A stretch of 35,207 bases of DNA from Akkermansia sp. (GTDB lineage Bacteria; Verrucomicrobiota; Verrucomicrobiia; Limisphaerales; SIBH01), in NCBI GenBank assembly GCA_043785945.1, contig JAYVWQ010000309.1, positions 1 to 35,207 on the forward strand, read 5' to 3'. Under the pieces are notes generated by a model. That model saw only the letters and a program-made list of their open reading frames with translations, was not told where the DNA came from and did no database searches. Made by a program: the position numbers and the translations under genes. Shown here in pieces: positions 1-6,587 of this stretch (positions within the stretch are counted from its first letter, which is position 1; the number at the start of each line of letters is the position of its first letter).

Positions 1-135
1 GCGCTCACCACGCAGGTGCTTGCAAAGCTGTCGCGCGGAACCGCCTATGGAATGCAGATGATCGTGATCGGCGGCGAGGCCAGCGAACTCCGGATCGATG
101 GGATCGCACGCCGATTCGATGGCGAAGTGGCTTGA
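1..135 (+). CDS. 3' end of an unidentified CDS entering from the left edge (frame 1, ...ELRIDGIARRFDGEVA*)
   Basis: Frame 1 is open from base 1 to the TGA at 133-135, with G/C-rich third positions. No family was recognised. An overlapping frame-2 ORF (68/98..214) carries an EF-hand loop, so the true frame at this end is uncertain. Confidence 0.3.
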   Translation, partial: ALTTQVLAKLSRGTAYGMQMIVIGGEASELRIDGIARRFDGEVA

Positions 136-269
136 GCGGCGCGACGAGAACCGCGATGGTTTCATCCGCCGCGAGGAGTTCCGGCTATGCGCTGCGGGGC
201 TAAAAGTTCAATGAACACGTCCCCAACTTGGGATTTCCACCCGGCATACACGTAAGTCGAAATGGGTTG

Positions 270-297
270 TTGACTTGAAGTTCTCCTTTGCTAACTT
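270..297 (+). promoter_or_regulatory. Candidate sigma70-type promoter for rplM-rpsI
   Basis: TTGACT (270-275), a 16-nt spacer and TAACTT (292-297) lie about 25 nt upstream of the rplM ATG. This is a pattern match only. Confidence 0.3.
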
Positions 298-322
298 CCG
301 CCCTCCTTAAATTGGAATCTGG

Positions 323-757
323 ATGAAAACTTATCTGCCTAAAGACTATTTGAGCCTGCGCAAGTGGCATGTCGTCGATGCCGACGGCATGGTGCTGGGC
401 CGTCTCGCCGCCAAAGTTGCCGACGTTTTGCGCGGCAAAAACAAGCCCGTCTTCACCCCCATGTGGGACGCGGGCGACTTCGTGGTCGTGATCAACGCCG
501 ACAAGGTGAAGCTCACGGGCAAGAAGGAAAACGAGAAGTTCTTCATGACCTACTCCGGCTGGAAAGGTGGCGAAAAGTACACCTCCGTCGCCCAGGTCCG
601 TGCCAAGAACTCCGAGGAACTCATCCATCACGCCGTCAAAGGCATGATTCCCAAGAACCGCCTCGGCGATCAGCTTCTGACCAAGCTGAAAGTGTATAAG
701 GGTGCCGAGCATCCCCACGCCGCCCAGATGCCGGCCGTCCTCAAGATTAACAACTAA
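323..757 (+). CDS. rplM: 50S ribosomal protein L13
   Basis: The 144-aa product begins MKTYLPK...[20 protein letters not shown] and is followed 5 nt later by rpsI, the conserved rplM-rpsI pair. Confidence 0.95.
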   Translation: MKTYLPKDYLSLRKWHVVDADGMVLGRLAAKVADVLRGKNKPVFTPMWDAGDFVVVINADKVKLTGKKENEKFFMTYSGWKGGEKYTSVAQVRAKNSEELIHHAVKGMIPKNRLGDQLLTKLKVYKGAEHPHAAQMPAVLKINN

Positions 758-762
758 TTTCT

Positions 763-1161
763 ATGGCAACCCAGATTCAGGAATTTCTTGGCACCGGCCG
801 CCGCAAAACTTCGGTCGCCCGTGTCCGCCTCGCCGCCGGGGCTGGCAAAATCACCGTCAACGGCCGCGCCTTTGAGGTTTATTTCCCCACGGAAACACTG
901 CGCGGCGTCGTCAGCGCCCCGCTCACCCGCACCGAGACCGCAGCCAAGTTTGACATCAAGGTGAACGTCAAGGGCGGCGGTCCCGCCGGTCAAGCCGGAG
1001 CCGTGCGTCATGGCATCTCCCGCGCGCTGCTCGAAGCGGATGTCAATTACCGCCCCGCGCTCAAGTCCGAAGGCTACCTCACCCGCGACCCGCGCATGCG
1101 CGAGCGCAAGAAATACGGCCAGCCCGGCGCGCGCAAACGCTTCCAATTCAGCAAGCGTTAA
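763..1161 (+). CDS. rpsI: 30S ribosomal protein S9
   Basis: The 132-aa product has GGG..GQAGA.RHGI.RAL and the characteristic C-terminus ...[11 protein letters not shown]. Confidence 0.95.
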   Translation: MATQIQEFLGTGRRKTSVARVRLAAGAGKITVNGRAFEVYFPTETLRGVVSAPLTRTETAAKFDIKVNVKGGGPAGQAGAVRHGISRALLEADVNYRPALKSEGYLTRDPRMRERKKYGQPGARKRFQFSKR

Positions 1162-1180
1162 TTCGTTGCTCCGAATTTCC

Positions 1181-1216
1181 AAAGCCCCGCTGGCGCAAGC
1201 TGCGGGGCTTTTTTGT
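1181..1216 (+). terminator. Rho-independent terminator after rpsI
   Basis: The stem GCCCCGC (1184-1190) pairs with GCGGGGC (1202-1208) and is followed by TTTTTT (1209-1214). An A-tract lies upstream. Confidence 0.7.
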
Positions 1217-1306
1217 TTGGTCAGTTGCCAGTTGTCAGTGGTCGGTTCTTGCTGATACTCACAATCGAAGTCTGACCGCGAACAACAGACAACCAACAAC
1301 GGACTC

Positions 1307-2371
1307 ATGGCAAACCCAGTGAAAATCGGCATTATCGGCGCGTCGGGATACTCCGGCGAAGAACTCGTGCGCCTGATGCTCACGCATCCGCACGCGCAAC
1401 TCGCCGCCGTCACCTCCCGGCAATACGCCGGACAGACCGTCGCGCAAATCTTCCCGAAGTTTTCGCAATACGCGCTGGCTCGGACGCTGCGCTTCAGCGA
1501 CCCGAACGCTGAAGTGCTGGCCAAACAATGCGACGTGGTTTTCCTCGCGCTGCCCCACGGCGTGGCGGCGGAGTTCGCCGTGCCGTTGTTGAACGGTGGC
1601 TGCCGGGTCATCGATCTGAGCGCTGATTTCCGGCTCAAGAGCGCCGACACCTACCAAGAATTTTACGCGCATGAGCATCCCGCGCCTGAGTTGCTGGCCA
1701 AATCGGTCTATGGCCTGCCGGAGATTTACCGTGAGCAGATCAAAGACGCGCTGCTCATCGCCTCGCCGGGTTGTTATCCCACCAGCATCATCGTGCCGCT
1801 CGCGCCTTTGCTGCGCGCGAAACTGATCAAGCCCGAGAGCATCATCGCCGACTCGCTCAGTGGCGTAAGTGGGGCGGGCCGCAAGGCGGAACTTGATTAC
1901 CTCTTCGTCGAGTGCAACGAGAGCGTGCGTCCCTACGGCGTGCCCAAACACCGGCACCTTTCCGAGATCGAACAAGAGCTGTCCTTCGCCGCTGGCGAGC
2001 GGGTCAAAATCCAATTCACCCCCCACCTCATCCCGGTGAACCGCGGCATCCTCACCACGATTTACGCCGCGCCCGCGAAGCATTTTAGCGGAGCCGACGA
2101 GATGAGCGCGCTGACACAGCAAATTGAGGAAACGTATCGAGCAACTTACGCGCACGAACCCTTCGTGCGTCTCCTCGAAGGCAAGTCGTTGCCCGACACC
2201 AAGAACGTCGTTGGCACCAACGTGATTGAGTTCGCCTGGCGTCTCGATCCGCGCACCGGTCGCCTCATCGTGATGAGCGCCGAGGACAACATCGTGAAGG
2301 GCGCCAGCGGCCAGGCGGTGCAGAGCCTGAACGTGATGTGCGGCTATCCGGAGACGGCGGGATTGATGTAG
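1307..2371 (+). CDS. argC: N-acetyl-gamma-glutamyl-phosphate reductase
   Basis: The 354-aa product has the N-terminal GASGYSGEEL Rossmann motif, the PGCYPTS active-site Cys region and SGVSGAGR. Confidence 0.95.
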   Translation: MANPVKIGIIGASGYSGEELVRLMLTHPHAQLAAVTSRQYAGQTVAQIFPKFSQYALARTLRFSDPNAEVLAKQCDVVFLALPHGVAAEFAVPLLNGGCRVIDLSADFRLKSADTYQEFYAHEHPAPELLAKSVYGLPEIYREQIKDALLIASPGCYPTSIIVPLAPLLRAKLIKPESIIADSLSGVSGAGRKAELDYLFVECNESVRPYGVPKHRHLSEIEQELSFAAGERVKIQFTPHLIPVNRGILTTIYAAPAKHFSGADEMSALTQQIEETYRATYAHEPFVRLLEGKSLPDTKNVVGTNVIEFAWRLDPRTGRLIVMSAEDNIVKGASGQAVQSLNVMCGYPETAGLM

Positions 2372-2424
2372 TCCCCCTCAAACCAGTTGCATCACGCGGC
2401 TTCATTCTTACACTCCGCCCCCAC

Positions 2425-3804
2425 ATGAAGTTCAAGTTCACTGAAATCTCCGGCTCCATTGTTGCGCCACGCGGCTTCGTCGCCAGCGGTGTATTCTGCG
2501 ACATCAAGCGCCTCGGCACCGGCAAGGGATCGAACAAGGGACCGAAGCGTGACTTGGCGCTGATTGTGTCCCAGGTGCCGGCCACCGTCGCGGGCATGTT
2601 CACCACCAATCAGATTTGCGCCGCGCCGGTGAAGGTCTGCGCCGAACGCGTGAAACGCGGCGTGGCTCAAGCCATCGTGGTGAATTCCGGCAATGCCAAT
2701 GCCTGCACGAGCCGACAGGGCAGGGCCGACGCGCGCGAGATGACCGCGCTCGTGGCGGCGCAGTTTGGACTCAAAGAAAAACAAGTTTTCGTCGGCTCCA
2801 CCGGACGCATCGGCGTGGTGATGCCAATGGCCAATGTGCGGCGGGGCATCGTCGCGGCCTCGCGCCTCGTCAATTCCATCGGAGCCAGCGCGGACCATGT
2901 GGCTGAAGCGATCATGACCAGCGACACCCACCCCAAGCAGGTCGCGATTGAATTCCAGCTCGGCGGCAAAACCGTCCGCATCGGCGGCGTGTGCAAGGGC
3001 GCGGGCATGATTCAGCCTGGCATGAGCGCCACCGGCGCGCGCCCCGCCGCCCGCGCGCTGCACGCCACCATGCTTTGCTTCATCACCACGGATGCGGCGA
3101 TTGAGGCCAAGGCCCTGCAGGCCTGTCTCGAAACCGCTGTGGCCCAGAGCTTCAACCGCATCACTGTCGATGGCGACATGAGCACCAACGACACCGTGCT
3201 CGTGCTGGCGAACGGGTTGGCGGAGAATCCTCCTCTCGTAGCAGCCGACGTAAGGAGGTTCCATGCAAAGAATTCAGTTAGAGCCTCGTTACCTCGGCTG
3301 CTACGAGGCGTGGAAGTTTTCCAAGCCGCCCTCAACCACGTCTGCCTCGAACTCGCGCAAAAAATCGTGCGCGACGGCGAAGGCGTGACCCGCTTCGTGA
3401 CCGTGCGAGTTCACGGCGCGCGCCACGTGGCCGATGCCGATGCCGCCGCCCGCGCCGTGGCCAACAGTTCACTCGTGAAGACGAGTTGGTTCGGTGGTGA
3501 CCCGAACTGGGGCCGCATCATTGACGCGCTCGGTTATTCTTCCGCGAAGGTCGTCGAGGAGAAGGTGGACATTGGCTACAGCGCGCCGGGATCACGCAAA
3601 GTGATTTGGAGTTTGAAGCGCGGGCAGCCGACCAAGGCCACCTTTAAACAACTCTGCGCCGCCGCCGCGCCCAAGGAATTCGACCTCCACATCAATCTGA
3701 ACCTCGGCTCATCCAGTGCCTTGATGTACGCCTCCGATCTCACGGAAGAATACGTGGAGTTCAATAAAGGCGACGTGACCGACCCGACGACGCTGGGGGG
3801 CTGA
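2425..3804 (+). CDS. argJ: Bifunctional ornithine acetyltransferase / N-acetylglutamate synthase (ArgJ), unusually long at about 459 aa
   Basis: Motifs seen are KGAGMIQP...ATMLCFITTDA (the autoprocessing Thr motif), DGD.STNDT, DGEG and NWGRI. I chose the start at ATG 2425 (MKFKFTEI...) rather than the ORF-track start at 2338, which overlaps argC. Confidence 0.9.
   Translation: MKFKFTEISGSIVAPRGFVASGVFCDIKRLGTGKGSNKGPKRDLALIVSQVPATVAGMFTTNQICAAPVKVCAERVKRGVAQAIVVNSGNANACTSRQGRADAREMTALVAAQFGLKEKQVFVGSTGRIGVVMPMANVRRGIVAASRLVNSIGASADHVAEAIMTSDTHPKQVAIEFQLGGKTVRIGGVCKGAGMIQPGMSATGARPAARALHATMLCFITTDAAIEAKALQACLETAVAQSFNRITVDGDMSTNDTVLVLANGLAENPPLVAADVRRFHAKNSVRASLPRLLRGVEVFQAALNHVCLELAQKIVRDGEGVTRFVTVRVHGARHVADADAAARAVANSSLVKTSWFGGDPNWGRIIDALGYSSAKVVEEKVDIGYSAPGSRKVIWSLKRGQPTKATFKQLCAAAAPKEFDLHINLNLGSSSALMYASDLTEEYVEFNKGDVTDPTTLGG
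3235..3307. repeat. REP/MITE-like palindromic element embedded in-frame in argJ
   Basis: The inverted repeat is CTCGTAGCAGCCGACGTAAGGAG (3235-3257) and CTCGTTACCTCGGCTGCTACGAG (3285-3307), with 21/23 positions complementary, around a lower-GC centre. The segment is full of codons rare for this genome (GTA, AGG, AGA, TTA, CTA, CGA). Confidence 0.6.
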
Positions 3805-4368
3805 TTAAACAGCGATGCCTTCGTAGATGGCGGACAGAGGCATGGTGAATTCAATCGAATCGAGGCGAATGGATTGCTCCCGTCCTTTGAACACTTCAGC
3901 CTGCCAGTTCTTACCGCGCTGAAAAACCGTCACCTCGCTCCGGTCCTGCGCGACGAGCACGTAGGCTTCGAGCGATTCAATCCTCATGTAGCTGAGAAGT
4001 TTTTCCCGACGGTCCGTGCGTTCGGTGCTTTCGGACAGCACTTCCACAATGACCTTCGGATGGCGCAGATAAAATTTCTCCGTGTCGCGTGGGTCGCAGC
4101 CCACCATCACGTCGGGGTAGTAGAAGACATCGTCCTGTCCGATCTCCAAACGGACTTTCACGTCCGACATGAAAACGCGGCAGCGTTTCCCGGCCAGATG
4201 GTTGCGCAGGGCCAGCAGGACGTTCGAGGCGATGAGGTTGTGATCAATGCTGGTGCCCGCCATCGCGTACACCACGCCGGCGATGTATTCGTGCCTCACT
4301 TCACTGTGTTGCGCGCCTTCGATGTATTCTTCAATCGAGAGCAATTGCGGCTTTTCCACTGCTGTCAT
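3805..4368 (-). CDS. Uma2-family (DUF820) putative restriction-type endonuclease
   Basis: The 187-aa product shows the typical Uma2 layout, including ...EYI.G.....A.....H......L...L.......C.V......V......Y.PD..V and then P..VVEVLS.ST...D...K...Y. Its stop codon directly abuts the argJ stop (TGATTA). Confidence 0.8.
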   Translation of the reverse strand: MTAVEKPQLLSIEEYIEGAQHSEVRHEYIAGVVYAMAGTSIDHNLIASNVLLALRNHLAGKRCRVFMSDVKVRLEIGQDDVFYYPDVMVGCDPRDTEKFYLRHPKVIVEVLSESTERTDRREKLLSYMRIESLEAYVLVAQDRSEVTVFQRGKNWQAEVFKGREQSIRLDSIEFTMPLSAIYEGIAV

Positions 4369-4469
4369 GTCGGGACTGTCTCAGCCGGGGCGGGCTTTGA
4401 CAAGATTGCCTTCGGTCCCTTGAGACAATGGGGTTGCGTCCAACCGCAGCGCCAGCTTTCATCCGAGCG

Positions 4470-5582
4470 ATGAACATTCACACTGCCCAGCATAAGCTGA
4501 CGGTCGGCTTCACCTTGCTGCTGTTTTTGGCTTTGCCGTCCCTAGTTTTTGCAGCGCCCGTCCGCTTCGACATTTACCCGGAGGGGCAGCGCACTTTTCC
4601 CGTGTCGTTGGTTTTTGAAGGGGAAATCCTTCAGCCACCCAAGTTGATTGAACGAGCGGCGTCGGGCAAAGCGGACCATTCTTCGCCCGAAGCAGTGTTG
4701 GCTAGCATGCTCAAAGCCGCTTTCGACGGGGACACAAACGCTTACAACTCCCTCTACATCGCGGCGGAGCAATCCAGTTCTCTGGCGGACGGGTCCAAAG
4801 GGGAGTCAGTCAAAGTGACTGCCACTGCAAAACTTTTCTTTGGAGGGTTCACGATCTTGGTCTGCGAAATGAAAAGTTCCGACGGTGTTGACCAGCATCC
4901 GTTCACTTTCCGAAAGCAGGGCGAAAAGTTTTTCCTGACCGATACGTTGTCGCACACAAATACGGCCTACCAGCTCTTTGAAAATTCATTCTTAAGCGGA
5001 CAAAAACCGGTCCTCGTTGCCAACAAACCATCAGCCTCGTCCAACTTGGTTGAAGAAGCGGTTTTTGCCTCGCACAGAACACAGTTGCCTGCGCCTGTGA
5101 CCGTTCAGTTCGAGGGTAAAGTTTTCAATCCTCCCCTGCGTTTCACCAACACGGTGACCAGAACAAATCAAAACCTCAAAACTCCGGAAGGTGCCTTGGC
5201 GGCGGTTTACGGTGCGGCGAAAGTCGCCGACTTGGATTGGTATTTATCTTTGGTGGCCCCGGATGAGCGCGAGTCAACCAGTAGTTCCGGCGTGCCACTT
5301 CGCAAAATGTTGAAAGATGAATTGCCGCGGCTCTCCCGCACACTCGCCCCTCAGCCTGCGCAAGGTTTGATCAGCGTAGTGCGTTATGGAGACTATGCCA
5401 TTTTATTGCTTCGCGCTGCCGAGGCTTCTGCACAAGAGCCTGACTGGCTGGTGCTGAAGCAGGTTGGCACAGATTGGTTATTGTCGGACAAGTTGCGGGA
5501 CGGAGAGGCTGTGCTCGGTTACGTTTTGGGCCAGATAGAGACGGTCAGTTATGGATACCAAAAAGTTCTGCCTGCGCCTTGA
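4470..5582 (+). CDS. Secreted hypothetical protein with two tandem homologous domains
   Basis: The signal peptide is MNIHTAQHKLTVGFTLLLFLALPSLVFA/AP, taking the start at the internal ATG 4470 of ORF 4428..5582. The protein has an internal duplication (see findings). Its GC content is visibly lower than the flanking arg genes. It ends 12 nt before argB. Confidence 0.6.
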   Translation: MNIHTAQHKLTVGFTLLLFLALPSLVFAAPVRFDIYPEGQRTFPVSLVFEGEILQPPKLIERAASGKADHSSPEAVLASMLKAAFDGDTNAYNSLYIAAEQSSSLADGSKGESVKVTATAKLFFGGFTILVCEMKSSDGVDQHPFTFRKQGEKFFLTDTLSHTNTAYQLFENSFLSGQKPVLVANKPSASSNLVEEAVFASHRTQLPAPVTVQFEGKVFNPPLRFTNTVTRTNQNLKTPEGALAAVYGAAKVADLDWYLSLVAPDERESTSSSGVPLRKMLKDELPRLSRTLAPQPAQGLISVVRYGDYAILLLRAAEASAQEPDWLVLKQVGTDWLLSDKLRDGEAVLGYVLGQIETVSYGYQKVLPAP

Positions 5583-5594
5583 GTCTGAATATTC

Positions 5595-6476
5595 ATGCAA
5601 GACCTCATTGCCAAAGCTACGACGCTGCTCGAAGCGCTGCCCTACATTCAGCGTTTCAGCGGCGAGACCTTCGTCGTGAAGTACGGCGGCTCGTTCATGG
5701 ATTCGCCGGACGCGGCGGTGCGGATGGGCGTGGCGCGCGACATCGTGTTTCTTGAAGCGGTGGAGATAAATCCCGTGGTGGTGCATGGCGGCGGCAAGGC
5801 CATCACGCGCGCGATGGAGAAGGCGGGTTTGACCGCGAGCTTCATCCAGGGTCAGCGCGTGACGGATGAGGCGGCGGTGCTGGTCGTGGATCAAGTGCTC
5901 TCGCGTGAAATCAATCCTGAAATTGTTGCGGCGATCAATGCGTTGGGCGGGAAGGCGAAAGGCTTTGCTGGCACGGACATTTTCACCTGTCGCAAGTTGC
6001 TGCTCGACGACAAGGAGAAGCCGGGTGCGAAGATTGACGTGGGCTTCGTCGGCGAAGTCATCGCGGTCAACACCGCACCGCTATTGGAGTGCATCGCGCA
6101 AGGGATGGTGCCGGTCATCAGCCCCACGGCGCGCGATGCGAGCGGGCAAATCTACAACTGCAACGCGGATGTGGCGGCGGCGCAGGCGGCCATTGCGCTC
6201 AAGGCGAAGCGGCTCGTCTTCATGAGCGACGTGCCGGGTTTGATGCGCGACCCGAAGGACGCGAGCACGCTCTTCACGCAAGTCACCACCGGCCAGATCG
6301 AAGAACTCAAGCGCACCGGCGTCATCGACAAGGGGATGATTCCCAAGATGGACAGTGCGGTGGCCGCGATCCGTTCCGGCGTGGACAAGGTGTCGCTTGT
6401 GGATGGGCGCGTGCCGCACGCGGTGCTGCTGGAGATTTTTACCGACGCTGGAGTGGGGACGGAGCTGGTCCGATAG
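5595..6476 (+). CDS. argB: Acetylglutamate kinase
   Basis: The 293-aa product has FVVKYGGSFM, VVHGGG and the NCNAD/amino-acid-kinase fold motifs. Confidence 0.95.
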   Translation: MQDLIAKATTLLEALPYIQRFSGETFVVKYGGSFMDSPDAAVRMGVARDIVFLEAVEINPVVVHGGGKAITRAMEKAGLTASFIQGQRVTDEAAVLVVDQVLSREINPEIVAAINALGGKAKGFAGTDIFTCRKLLLDDKEKPGAKIDVGFVGEVIAVNTAPLLECIAQGMVPVISPTARDASGQIYNCNADVAAAQAAIALKAKRLVFMSDVPGLMRDPKDASTLFTQVTTGQIEELKRTGVIDKGMIPKMDSAVAAIRSGVDKVSLVDGRVPHAVLLEIFTDAGVGTELVR

Positions 6477-6587
6477 GCCGAATTTTTAATTCGTGCCCAG
6501 AACCAACTCCGCCCGCGCCGCTCCCACCCAACGCGGCGCGGCTGGCCCTCGTGGGTGAAGTTACCGCCCCACCTAGCACCATGTTCC

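Noticed and set aside
200-718. A 172-aa minus-strand ORF overlapping rplM.
   Set aside because: rplM on the plus strand is unambiguous, so this is an antisense artefact.
3805-4368. The Uma2 endonuclease as the seed of a restriction or defence system.
   Set aside because: No methyltransferase, ATPase, helicase or other partner lies nearby. Uma2/DUF820 genes are commonly solitary and multi-copy, and nothing here supports a system.
6513-6541. A GC-rich 9-bp hairpin (CCGCGCCGC...GCGGCGCGG) between convergent argB and the giant gene. Similar short hairpins occur at 15230-15267 (dus/acyP divergent spacer) and 17444-17462 (after GT9).
   Set aside because: None has a U-tract on either strand and the stems are short. 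Such GC palindromes are expected by chance in high-GC DNA, so the evidence is not enough to call terminators or operators.
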